Assembly: GCA_965200245.1 (NCBI GenBank)
Contig: CBDATS010000005.1
Coordinates: 544,001-608,000, forward strand
Direction of reading: 5' to 3'
Length of the DNA stretch: 64,000 bases
Source of the DNA: a bacterium
GTDB taxonomy: Bacteria; UBA8248
This document shows, piece after piece, positions 10,817 through 21,928 of the stretch (its first letter is position 1; every line of letters begins with the position of its first letter). A program made the translations under genes and the position numbers. The notes under the pieces are model-generated. The model ran no database searches. It saw only the letters and a list, made by a program, of their open reading frames with translations, and was not told the DNA's origin.

Positions 10817-13800
10817 CGGACTTTTGCGAAAATATCAGGACGTTTGGCAATCTTGGCAGCAATATCTTCACGATAATGCCAAGTCCAGACCTCATCACCA
10901 CGGGCAATTATCAACTGTCGCTGTTCATTATCGCACTGCTGCACCTCTAGATCATCATGGGGCGTTCCATCGCAGAATACCCAGATCCGAGGTTCGTAGT
11001 AGAAGTCTGGCTGGCAGTAGATCCCAGGTACTCGTTTTTGAGCAGCGTCCGGCAACCGTAGCCCATTCCGGTAAAGGTATTCGATAAAAGTGCGCTCAGT
11101 CGATGAGTTCGGATCCAGATGCTCAAGCATATGTTGATACTGTTCCTCGTAGTCCTTGAAAGCCAAGTTTTTCTGTACCTCGATATCGACAAGTCCGAGT
11201 TTCTTTAGAGCATCCCGAATCAGAAATCGATCAAGTCGCTGATGGTCTCTATGGTTATAATAACTCATGAGATCGTCGTACGATGCCGGAGCCTTGTATT
11301 CATCATCGTCGAACCGACATATTTGCGTAGCAACTTCGATAACCTTTCGGAAAATTGTCACATCTTCGGCAAACTGAGAGAGTATGCCCAGGCTTCCTTC
11401 AGTCGCTTCATAGAGAAGAATATTAGGGCACTCCAGATCACCTATCGAACTTACGCCGATCTCACTCGGTTCTACCTGAAAGACGGTCTCAATCCCCCGC
11501 TTTAAGGCATATTGAAGGGTGATAACGCCGGCGGACTCCAGACCCAAAACCTCAATCGGTTCAATATAAAGGGCATCGGCAATATTGGAGGTCCAAAGTT
11601 TGACAATACGGCATTCCTCGCGTGCACCGGGAATCGGTTCCGGCATTGAGTTGCGCCAGTTGCCCGAAGTCAACTCTATTGGGAAACCTTCGGCCTGGCG
11701 TGAGCGCCACCCTCTATTCACACTGACCAGACGCGCTGCCGGAATGAAACGAAGATTGAGCAGGGGATTCTCGCCCAAGCGAGCTATGACCCGACGAATA
11801 CTCGCGAAATTCCCTCCGTCGACATGAAAAAATGAATCGACTTGATATCCACGAGAGATGCGTTCCTCCTCCTCGCACGTAATGCGGGCTATTTCTTCAC
11901 CCCGCGATTCACTCATCTCCAACAGATCGTGTATGTGTTCTCTGTTTGCGTTGTCGCTCAGATTAAGATCGGAGAAAGGGCACAACTCAAGATCTTGCTG
12001 ATCTCCTATCAGAAAATACCCGGCACGTTTACTGATCTTCGCCTCTGTTAGCGATGATCCTGCGTCTTGGACGACCAACTGCGAAACCTGGAACTTACTC
12101 CCGTTGTGGTAGATGAGATTGAGTGGGCCGAATTCGCGCAAGGCGACAGCACGCGGACGAGAGATATACTCTCCTGAAGTCTCACCAGAGGGCACGAAAA
12201 TCCGTACAGGGAGACGCGTAAAGTTGTAACCTGGGAGAAATCCTTCGGAGGCTAAATAACGATACGGATAAAACTCGCTTAGTTCTAGAGATCCGCCTTG
12301 CTCGTTTCGCAGAAGATTGAGCTGTCGGTTGGCCTGGTCCTGCAACCGCTTATATTTCTTGTATTCTTTGCTTCCCACCTTGAGGCGACCTGACTCGATC
12401 GGTTGGGTTGCACGGGTCAATAGCACCCGAGTGTTCTGAAACATTTTGCGCCAGCGATCCATGGCTTTGTCGAGATTTTCCGCGAGGTTGTTCAGGTTCC
12501 GGTCGATCCAATCGTCGCTATACCATGCATTAGGCATGACTTTCAGATCCTCGGAGAAATCTTTGATCACACTTTGGAAGGTCATCTTAAGTGATTTAAA
12601 TGTCGTAGGTCCAAGCTTAAGTCCTTCGACGATGCTAGGCGAGAGAGGCATAGCTACGTCGCTGTCTGTGACAAGCTGCATTAAAGACGGGCGTTCACCG
12701 CCGCCCGCTTCCATTCCAGGTAGGCCAATTGCGCTGACAGTTAGAGCGTGCAAGTGTGTAAGAAGTAGTTCATGGTTGCACAGGTCAATCCGCGGTGCTT
12801 GCACGACACCTGCTACCAGTTCTGCTTGGCGTTGGAAATAGTGACGGTCATGAGCAGAGAAACCCGAGCAGTAAGTGAACACCTATGCTCCTTGCCCACT
12901 TCTACCTGCTCTGCCAGACCGCTGCACGTAATTTGCTGCATTGGGCGGAGCATTGCGCATGTGAACGACGCTCAGACCACCGATATCCACACCCAGTTCC
13001 ATAGTCGGCGAGCAGAAAAGTGCGCTTATCGATTCACTACGAATCTTGGCTTCGTCGGGAACTTTTTTGGACTCATCAAGATACCATTCTGCTCGAAATC
13101 GGTCTTCGTGGTCTTGTCGTGCGTCAACTCCGAGTTGACCGGTATGATCCGCCGCGACCAACCGTTTGCCGTTAGAAAGATCCAGATTATACATCTCTTG
13201 GAAAAAGGTATTCGGGGTAGGTTTCTGATCCTTGCATGAGCGTCGTTTAATCGGATCCGGCCTGACGGTCTCCCCGTCTCCGGGTTTCCAAAGAATCTTA
13301 TCAATACGGAGCCGATATACTGGTACTTCCTCTTTATTCACATTTTCGGCAATTTCTTCGAAAAGATAGTCGGCGTCTGTCAATTTGCGCATTAATCGCA
13401 GGATGAAGTTACGGTAGAGGTCACCTTGAAGAGTCCCCGGATCGATGTCAGATTGTGCCATAAAGTGCTTGATGTACTTCCCGAGCGAACTCGCGGGACC
13501 CATGCTCTTGTTGGAGAGATGAACCCTCTTATGCAGTGGATCGAGCCGAATGACTGAAGGCGCTGGCAGTTCTTCATCTGCGTCGAGAGTCCACGGCGCC
13601 TTCAGTTGCTCACGGAAGCGTTTCTCGAATTCTTTGAGACGATTAGGACTCAAATAGTTTTTGCTATAGATGGCATATTCGAGGCGGAAATAGTCGAGAA
13701 CTGTGACAATAAACTCGCGACGATCCGTATGGCCTAGGCTGTTTACAAATTCAAGGTCGGCCCAAAACTCGTCTGCAACAACAATCTCATCAATGTCTAG

Positions 13801-15984
13801 GTAGTCGATATCCAGAAGGGCACATTGTTCCAGGTTGGGAAGGACGATGCGCCAACTACGACGAAGATCCGCTAGAGCACGAAAGAGCAGATAATCTTGG
13901 AGAGCTTTATCATACTTCCGCTTAACTGGGGCCAATGTCGGTTCCGAATCACGGTTACCGTAATCACGGAAAGACAAAGATAATGATTTAAAAAGCGCTT
14001 CACCAAGTGTCGCGTAGTTAAGCACACCATCCGTAGCAGTCTGAAGCGCTTGACGGATCCCGGCACGAAGACGAACGACCTTGACGAAATCATTAAAGTG
14101 ACCGGCTTGTAGAGCAGCGTCTTGCCGGTTGTCAGTGAAGCTCAGAAGCTTCTGGTCACGCAGAGACTGTCCGCCGTCTCGCAAACGGTTGAGGGTCAAA
14201 AAAGCCGTGATGGTTGTCCAAGTGCTTCGCCCTTCGTTGCCAAGTTGTGTCAGCTTTGTCCCTTCATTCGCCTTGACGTCATAGAACACACCTCCAGTCG
14301 GGTCGAAGAGGAGTGGGGCTCTCATGAACCAGCCCCGATACTTCATTGATTCTGTATCGGAGAAGTTTCCATATTCGTCGAAGTATAACTTAATAGGAAA
14401 TTGTGCGATTTTTTTTGAATCTGGAACCTTCCTTCCGTTCGCGCGGATCCGTGTCCAGGCTTCCGGCAGGTAGTCGATATCCTGATCCGGATCCCATATC
14501 TCGTCACCGATGATCAGATAGCCATCCGTGGAATCTTCCTCATCATCACCTGCAGCACGAAATTCCCGGGGCTTTAGTTGTCCATCTACCAAGGAAACAC
14601 AGATAAAAGGGTGGCCTGTGGCCCTGCTGAAGACATTGGGGAATATAGGCATGCTATTGTCATCGCGTTTGTAGATACCCGGCTCAAGAGTGATGAACCG
14701 AGCTTCATCTTAGGCGAGCGTCGTGTAAACCGACCCTGTTTGAGCGATGAACTGGTGGAGCTTGTAAGGTAGGATCGTATAGGGTGAGTTATCTTCTTGA
14801 ATACGCTGGTTGACAAAGCTTATCCATTCGAGTGTTGTCTCGAGAGCCAAACGGCTTTTTGCTTCTGGTGCTCCTGAGTCTTCAGCAAGTGTCACGACGA
14901 CATCCCTGAATTCCATAGGCCGACGTCGAAGCAAGCGCCCATCACACACATCAAGCGCAATGCGGTTTTCAAACCAGATTGCCACTGGATGCTTGCGTAG
15001 TTCGTTCTCACTTGCATCAGTATCTATACCTGCGGTTATGGCCGTATGAAGCTCTTGTTTGGAAGGAAGTGCACCTACAGCACCGAGCGACTGAGCCAGT
15101 GTCTCTTCAATAATTTGGGTAGGCTGGAATTGTCGACCGAAGACCTTACTAGCGACACCCGCGACTTCCTCCCGACGTGACTCTACACTATCTGCCGAGA
15201 TCATGGTCGCAGAGGTGCCAATGCAGCAGATCGATTGCTTGCATTGTGACTGGATGCGCCGGATGAGCATGGAAACGTCCGCACCTTGCCTTCCGCGGTA
15301 GGTGTGAAGCTCGTCAAAGACGAGATAACGAAGGTTGTTGAAAATGGCATCTCGGATGGGCCGTTCTTGCATTCGGGTTAGCAGAAGTTCAAGCATCATG
15401 TAATTGGTGAGGAGAACTTGCGGGGGTTCGTTACGAATCCTCTCCCGTCGCTGCTCACTTTCCTGGCCGGTGTACTGCGCAAAGGTAATGGGAAAAGTTT
15501 GTCCTGCGTTCTTTTCGTAATTGCCCTTATAGGTGCTGAATTCGTTCGTTTGCGAGTTAATTAGGGCGTTCATTGGATAAACGATGACCGCCACAACTCC
15601 TTCCGAACGACCATTATCAAGCAAATGATCGAAAATCGTGGCGATATAGGTCAGTGATTTACCTGAACCAGTTCCAGAAGTCACGACAAAATCGGAGCCA
15701 TTTCCCCCTAGTTCAATGGCCTCACGTTGATGGCGATAGAGAGAATATCCATCAAAGATATGGCGAGCGTCATTATGCAGTAATCCTGAGTCAACTACCT
15801 GTTCAACAGTACCAACCTGTTCGTAGGCAGGATTGAATTGCAATAGAGGTTCTGGCCAGAGGCGACCCTCGGAAAGCGACTCTTCGACCTTCTCTGCGAT
15901 TTCTGGGTCGGAAATATTGATAAAACTGCCAATGTATGACGCATAGTCAGCAATAATCTGCTTGTGTGTATCAAAGACATTCAT
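10813..15984 (-). pseudogene. Large SF2 DEAH helicase (~1720 aa) with DUF1998-like domain and C-terminal DUF559/Vsr-like nuclease; two in-frame nonsense codons
   Basis: Three ORFs share one frame: 'SGTGSGKS', DELH and TSAT; 'TMELGVDIG' and 'QRSGRAGR'; 'LLYEATEGSLG' and 'PDFYY..IWVFCDGTPHD'. They are separated only by TAA (14710-14712) and TAG (12883-12885). Confidence 0.85.
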
Positions 15985-16098
15985 AGCTGGGCCCTTAGAA
16001 ATTACACTCGTGTCAGGAGAAAAGAGCATTACATTGTACTACCAACTTTGTAGCGAACACCAACCCCAAGTAATGGTATCGATCTTTACTTGGTTGTG

Positions 16099-17399
16099 TT
16101 TAAACGAGTTCCCCGATGATTTCGTGTTGATTTTGGGTTCAGGCGATTGATTTCATGGGGGATATTGCGGGCGGGAACAGAAATGCCGTTCCCATGTACA
16201 TCGAAACCGTTCCCAACCGGAATTCACCGCCTGCCATCCTGTTGCGCGAAGGATGGCGTGAGGGCGGGAAAGTCAGAAAACGCACGCTGGCCAACCTCCC
16301 GAAATGGCCCCAAAGCAGGACCGACACCCTGCGCCGTCTGCTGCGGAACGAACCCCCTGTTGGTTGGACGATGCCTTCGACATCGTGCGTTCCCGACCCC
16401 ACGGCCATGTCGCCGCAGTGCCCGGCACACTGCGGAAGCCGGGTCTGGAGCGGATCATCGCCCCCGGCGCTCCTGCGCGCGTGACCGCGTGGTGGCGATA
16501 ATCGTCGCCCGGGTACCCGATCCGGGGTCCGGGCCAGCCACTGCCCGGGTCCTGCCAGGGCCACGGCGCGGGATTCGCTGGCCGACACGCTGGATTTGGG
16601 TGCCGTGGACGGGGACGACCTGTATGCGGCCATGGACTGGCTGCCAGCGCGCCAGGAGCGGATCGAACAGAGCCTGGCCCGGCGGCATCTCGAAGAAGGC
16701 GCCCTGCGACCTAACCCCGGTCTGCGTGGAAGGACACCACTGCCCGCTGGCGAAGCGCGGGTATTCGCGCGATGGCAGGAAGGGCAAGGCTGCAGATCGA
16801 ATCCGGGTTGCCGTGCGACCGGGACGGCTGTCCCGGGGCGATGGGTTCGCAGGTCCGGAAGCTGCGGGAACGCTTCGGGCTGTCGAAGGTCGTTCTGGCG
16901 GGAGACCGGGGAATGCGGACCGGGGCGCGTGCGCGCAGGCGGGAGACCCTGCCGGAAGCTACGGAGAAGCTGCCGGAACCCATCGCTGCGGCAACGCGGC
17001 GGGAGAAGCGGCGCCTGAGAGGAAAGACAGGACCGGGCCGCGCGGGTGGGCAGGGTCATCGGCAGGTACAGGGTGGCCAGACATTTCGCGTGGCGGGTCG
17101 ACGCTGGGGGCCGGTTCCACTGCCGGCGCGACGCTCAGAGGTCGCCCAACGCAGGGCCCGGCGCAAACGCACCGACAGGGGCTGGCACGTGCACAGCTTC
17201 CGCACCCTGCTCACCGACCCTGCCACCATCACCCGCAACCGGTCAATGCTTCGCCTGGCCTGCTGACCTGCAGGACGAAGCCTTCCGTCTGCCCGGCGTG
17301 CCGTTGTAGTCCTGTTCCCGGTAACCAATTCCTGATTCATCGAAACAACCAGCATAATCAATGGGATAATCCGTGATAGCCGGGGAACTTCAGTTTAAA
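16099..17399 (+). mobile_element. Degenerate IS1634-family insertion sequence
   Basis: Transposase fragments 'MYIETVPNRNSPPAILLREGWREGGKVRKRTLANL', 'DDLYAAMDWL..RQERIEQSLARRHL', 'KRGYSRDG' and 'HSFRTLL' in shifting frames. Imperfect terminal inverted repeats tttaaacgagttccccg (16099-16115) and cggggaacttcagtttaaa (17381-17399). Confidence 0.8.
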
Positions 17400-17599
17400 A
17401 TAAAGGGAATGATTAGGAATTGTTCACCTACTCGGTTGCTTAATTCCCATTCTCTAGAGGGTCATCTTATAAGTGCTTTATAGCACGTTATATTGGTGCG
17501 TTAACTTTGGTTATCTATTCAATTAAAATCCATTGAATCAAGAACTTGTGAGAGTCTTGGCGGAATTCCCTCTCACCATTTCCACCAACAAGACAAATC

Positions 17600-18445
17600 T
17601 TACGCATCGATCATGGTGAGGGCAGCTCCTCGGGTTCCCATACCTTGTCGCACCCCCATTTTTTCAGCTACTCCATTCATACATGAAATGACACCATCTT
17701 CCCAAGTACTCATCACATCGCCAATACGTGCAGTCATGGTTCCGACCGCAGCCACTGCGATCCCCGCTCCCGCCAGATAGGGAAAAGAAGCGATGCCCGA
17801 ATCATCTTTTCCCCGGCCTGCGTCATTCGCAATTACCCCCTTCAGATTGAGCTTCAAGACATGAGGAACAAGAGTAAGTCCGCAGTGCGAGGCTTGGATG
17901 AAAACATCTCGGGGTCTCTGCTCATTAACAGAACGCAAGACGGGAATTCCCCACGAAGCGCGTATATTGCCGTTAGGAAAATGGCCTAATTCATAAATTC
18001 TATCATCAAGACTCTCCTCGACAACCACTTTCCGGCCCACTTCGGCATTCATCAAACAAATCGAGGCTTTGGCAACGGGCTGGCCAATTTCAACACCTAG
18101 ATCACGGGCCGCTCGATTCGCATGGCCGACTTCGCCTTGATAAACGGATTCACCCACTGCAAGTCTGGCCGACATTGTCTCACACGCCATTGCAGGAATA
18201 TTGTACTCTTGTGCCAAGCGCAGGCCGCTGATACCCGCATCATCCTTCCCAACTCCCGCTGCATGGGCGACGATTGCCCTTGCACCCAGGCGCATCGCCC
18301 AGGCAATCGTCATGCGCGCCGCGTAAGAACCCGAGATAAGCACGTCATTTTTTCCGGCCTTTTCGTCAAAATACGTCATCGAATCCGCCGAAATTATGCG
18401 GCCACGCGCGTCTTCGTAATGAATAATATGTTCATCTGTCGTCAT
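17600..18445 (-). CDS. Hypothetical protein with an internally duplicated domain
   Basis: Two copies of a repeat: 'HAAGVGKDDAGISG...TMSARL' and 'NDAGRGKDDSGIAS...TMTARI'. Start chosen at ATG 18445. Confidence 0.75.
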   Translation of the reverse strand: MTTDEHIIHYEDARGRIISADSMTYFDEKAGKNDVLISGSYAARMTIAWAMRLGARAIVAHAAGVGKDDAGISGLRLAQEYNIPAMACETMSARLAVGESVYQGEVGHANRAARDLGVEIGQPVAKASICLMNAEVGRKVVVEESLDDRIYELGHFPNGNIRASWGIPVLRSVNEQRPRDVFIQASHCGLTLVPHVLKLNLKGVIANDAGRGKDDSGIASFPYLAGAGIAVAAVGTMTARIGDVMSTWEDGVISCMNGVAEKMGVRQGMGTRGAALTMIDA

Positions 18446-18501
18446 CAGATTCTCAATGAGAAAGTATGAAATAAAATGGTTGTAATACAGGTATTTCAAG
18501 T

Positions 18502-18536
18502 AAAAAGAATCGCCCGGTTGAAGTATCAACCGGGCG
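18502..18536 (-). terminator. Rho-independent terminator
   Basis: Perfect 11-bp stem cgcccggttga/tcaaccgggcg followed by a T-rich tract on the minus strand. Confidence 0.75.
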
Positions 18537-18560
18537 TTGAATCATTTGCTCTCTTGGGCC

Positions 18561-18728
18561 TTAGTACTCAGCAGGAGCAATGCCCCCTTCACCGTCACTC
18601 AAAAAGGAAATTTCATCACCTACATCGTCTTCAGACGCATCGTATGCCAAATCCGATGGCAATATATCTCCAGATTCAGCAAAAAACTCTTCATCCAATA
18701 CAACTACGCTACCCGTAAATTCGAGCAT
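18561..18728 (-). CDS. Small, highly acidic hypothetical protein (55 aa)
   Basis: GAGGA upstream of the ATG; same strand as neighbours; terminator 25 nt downstream; 16 D/E and no K/R/H. Confidence 0.5.
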   Translation of the reverse strand: MLEFTGSVVVLDEEFFAESGDILPSDLAYDASEDDVGDEISFLSDGEGGIAPAEY

Positions 18729-18886
18729 TTCTTCCTCACCCACGGGCAGTTTGATTAACCCCGAAATTCCTACAGGGGCTCACAAAGGGCGAAAGTATAC
18801 AATAATTTGCAAAACAAAAAAAGTGATACTTTTTTCAAGGCCGTCCGAAGTGTATTCGCCTGAAATATCTCAAGCAAGCGAAATGC

Positions 18887-19552
18887 TTACGCCATGTCTT
18901 TCGCCTGGAATTCGATTCGTCCTCCAGGAGGTTCCACCACCAAGTGAAGCGCCTCCGCCAGCCTGCCGGAAAGGTGCCACATACCACAAATAAAAGTGAG
19001 TTCCACAATCTGCCTATTGGAAAAGTATTTTTTCATCTCACTAAAAGCAAAATCGTTTTTCTTTGCGGTGAATTTCGACACTTCATCCGCCCACCGAATG
19101 ACAGCTTTTTCTTTTTCATCGAACAAATCGCTGTCTTTCCAATCATCGCTTTCTAACAGACTGATTTGCTCTTGTGTAAGTCCCAGGGCTCGACCGAGCT
19201 CCACGTTGTGCCCAATTCAGTTGTTACATTCAGTTAATATTGCCGTTTTGACGATGACGAGCTCCATGAGCCGTATGTAATCGGACTCTGTTTTCAATCG
19301 ATTCGTCCGAAGCTTTTGGTCAAGCAGCATCCACCCTTCCACCGTGGGGGGTGAATTTCCCAAGAGCTGCAGAAATCGTGGGACAGTGCCCCACATTCGC
19401 TTCGACCAATCATAGAGCGGAACGAGTTCCTCCGTGAGTTCTTCAGGTATGTTATCCGGATCAACGAAAGGCAACCTTGGCAGGGGACACGCCATCATCT
19501 CTTCGGTTACACCCAAATTATCTGGCAAACTCGTTGCTTTATCTATGGTCAT
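18887..19552 (-). CDS. AhpD/carboxymuconolactone decarboxylase-family selenoprotein (CxxU)
   Basis: The 117-aa and 105-aa ORFs are in frame across TGA 19217-19219, reading 'ELVIVKTAILTEC-N-N-U-IGHNVELGRALG'. RBS GAGGAG precedes ATG 19552; a hairpin follows the UGA. Confidence 0.85.
19186..19202 (-). promoter_or_regulatory. Putative SECIS hairpin of the AhpD-like gene
   Basis: GG(A)GCUC-GGUC-GAGCCC; the loop starts with G about 21 nt 3' of the UGA. Confidence 0.5.
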
Positions 19553-19581
19553 TGGGTTCTCCTCTAACAAGACTGTTGTGA

Positions 19582-21831
19582 TTATGCGCTGCTCAGCACC
19601 AGAGCCTCACGAATGTGGTGCGGGCCGACAGGCAATGAAAAGACCGGGACTCCGACAGCGTCCTGAATAGCATTTACTATGGCAGCCGCGGTCGCCACTA
19701 TGGGAGGTTCACCCACACCCCGCATCCCATAAGGCGTGCCCTCGGCCGGATTATCATATAAAACAGCTTTCAAGTCTGGCATATCCATGCTGGTAGGGAT
19801 CAGATATTCGTGGAAGGTATCACCGTGCAAATTTCCATCCGGGCGCCTAGGCTGCTCTTCCATAAGTGCCAATCCGAGCCCCTGTATCATGGCACCTTCA
19901 ATCTGTCCCACGACAGACAATGGATTGATGGCGAATCCAACATCCTGCACACATATAAGCCGCAATACCTTGATCTCGCCTAGTTCGGGGTTCACTGCCA
20001 CGTCCGCTATCTGCCCTGTATGAATCGGACATGGGGGCGGTTTTACGCTTTCGCCTTGCCCAATCAGAAATCCCTGAATTTCAGGCGCCGCCTTGGCCAC
20101 CTGCGAAAGAGCCAAGGCGCGCTCGGGCGCCGAAGCCACTTTGACTTGCCCATCTTCCAAAACCAGATCATCCGCAGCAGCCTCTAGTTTGACACTCGCC
20201 ACATTTAAAATTTTATTACGCAAATCCCGCGCAGCACTCAAAGTGGCCATTCCCACCGCACGCGTAGCCTTACTACCAGATGCAGCCGATGATTCAGGAA
20301 CCGAATCTGTATCACCGTTCGTATAGCGCACCTCATCCAAACTGACACCTAGCTCCTCGGCCGCCAACTGGCACACCGAAGTACTCATACCTGTAAGGTT
20401 CACCGTTCCGGCCACCACTTGAACAGTGCCATCTTGATTCAGACGTACTGTACAACTGGACGCTTCTCCCGGCCCGGGCCAATATCCACAAGCTATTCCA
20501 CGGCCAAGTCTCCAGCCTTCACCCTCAAGCTCACCATTTACTTCGATAGGCTGCCCCCATTTCCCCTCAATGGCGGTCGAGTCCAGAACACTGCGCATGG
20601 ATGGATTCTGCTCGCTGCCAGCCAAGGTTCTATCTCCTGACCGAAGCGAGTTGATCCGCCTTATCTCAAGAGGATCAATCCCCATCTCACGCGCGATGAT
20701 GTCCATCTGCACTTCTGTGGCGAAGTGATATTGTGGCCCGCTGGGAGCACGAACGGGGCCACAAACGGGCCCATTCGTATACACTGTGCAGGCGCGAATT
20801 CTGACGTTGGGAATACGATATGAGGACGAACCCATGAGCATCTTGCTGCTACACTGGAATGGCGCACCTCGACCATACGCCCCGTGATCCATGGTGACGT
20901 CGAGTTCCCTCGCTACAAACGTGCCGTCATTTTTCACCGCCGTGCGTATTGTGATGAAATGAGGGTGCCTTGGATTCACGCCAACATGATCTTCTTCCCG
21001 GGTCATCTCCATGCGCACCGCCCGGTCCGTTTTCAAAGACAACAGAGCGGCTATATGCTCGTAAGTGCTCTTCAGTTTTGCGCCAAATCCACCCCCGATT
21101 TCCGTAGGGATAACACGAACTTGTGTCGCCGCAAGCCCAAGCGCCTCAGCCACGTCCGCTCGAATTGCCCAGGCATCCTGCGTGGTAGTCCAGATCGTGA
21201 CCTTCCCGTCTGCACTGGCTTCGGCGATGCAGGCATGGGGCTCAATATAACCGGCATGCACGAATGGGGTCGTGAAAGTGTGCTCAAAAATGCGGTCCGC
21301 CTCTTGGTATCCAGCGTCGACATCTCCGATCTCTCTTTCAAATTCAGCTATGATGTTCTTGTCGGCATTCGGCCCTAGCCCCAAGTCTCGCCAATTTTCA
21401 TGAACCACAGGGCCTTTGCCGGCCCTGCTATCCAAACCATTCACTACCGGCTCCAAAACTTCATAGTTTACCCGAATCAACTCAATAGCCGCTTGAGCTG
21501 CATCCATATCCTCAGCAGCCACGGCAGCCACAGGTTCTCCGCCGTACCGGACAAAACCATCCTGCGCAAACCAACTCTGATCTTTTATGTTCGCTCCGAA
21601 TCGAATACGAGGAGCATCATCGCGTGTCAATACAGCGCGAACACCGGGAACCTTGCGTGCTTCGGACACATCTACGTTTTTCACTTTTGCATATGGATGG
21701 GGGCTGCCCAAGACCAGCCCGATGAGCGCGCGGCTCGCTGGAACATCCGCCGCATACTTGGCACTTCCAGCCACTTTATCCAGAGCATCAATTCGGACAT
21801 GCCCAAAACCAGCTACATTATAGTCTGTCAT
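19582..21831 (-). CDS. Xanthine dehydrogenase-family molybdopterin-binding (large) subunit
   Basis: 'RIDALDKVAGSAKYAAD', 'IGGGFGAK', 'VRAPSGPQ', 'GQIEGAMIQGLG' and 'GVGEPP'. Confidence 0.9.
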   Translation of the reverse strand: MTDYNVAGFGHVRIDALDKVAGSAKYAADVPASRALIGLVLGSPHPYAKVKNVDVSEARKVPGVRAVLTRDDAPRIRFGANIKDQSWFAQDGFVRYGGEPVAAVAAEDMDAAQAAIELIRVNYEVLEPVVNGLDSRAGKGPVVHENWRDLGLGPNADKNIIAEFEREIGDVDAGYQEADRIFEHTFTTPFVHAGYIEPHACIAEASADGKVTIWTTTQDAWAIRADVAEALGLAATQVRVIPTEIGGGFGAKLKSTYEHIAALLSLKTDRAVRMEMTREEDHVGVNPRHPHFITIRTAVKNDGTFVARELDVTMDHGAYGRGAPFQCSSKMLMGSSSYRIPNVRIRACTVYTNGPVCGPVRAPSGPQYHFATEVQMDIIAREMGIDPLEIRRINSLRSGDRTLAGSEQNPSMRSVLDSTAIEGKWGQPIEVNGELEGEGWRLGRGIACGYWPGPGEASSCTVRLNQDGTVQVVAGTVNLTGMSTSVCQLAAEELGVSLDEVRYTNGDTDSVPESSAASGSKATRAVGMATLSAARDLRNKILNVASVKLEAAADDLVLEDGQVKVASAPERALALSQVAKAAPEIQGFLIGQGESVKPPPCPIHTGQIADVAVNPELGEIKVLRLICVQDVGFAINPLSVVGQIEGAMIQGLGLALMEEQPRRPDGNLHGDTFHEYLIPTSMDMPDLKAVLYDNPAEGTPYGMRGVGEPPIVATAAAIVNAIQDAVGVPVFSLPVGPHHIREALVLSSA

Positions 21832-21928
21832 TTCCACCTCAAAGAAAATTTGACTTAGCCCGCAGTTCACATGAACCCACCATCAATTTCCACTCCCGAA
21901 GCACGGCAGGAAATTCATCACCATCCGT

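Noticed and set aside
10799-14712. Stop-codon reassignment or pyrrolysine read-through of the in-frame TAA/TAG codons in the helicases
   Set aside because: Both TAA and TAG occur, they end normal genes throughout the window, and the adjacent MTase has frameshifts. Single substitutions (CAA>TAA, TTG>TAG) explain them more simply.
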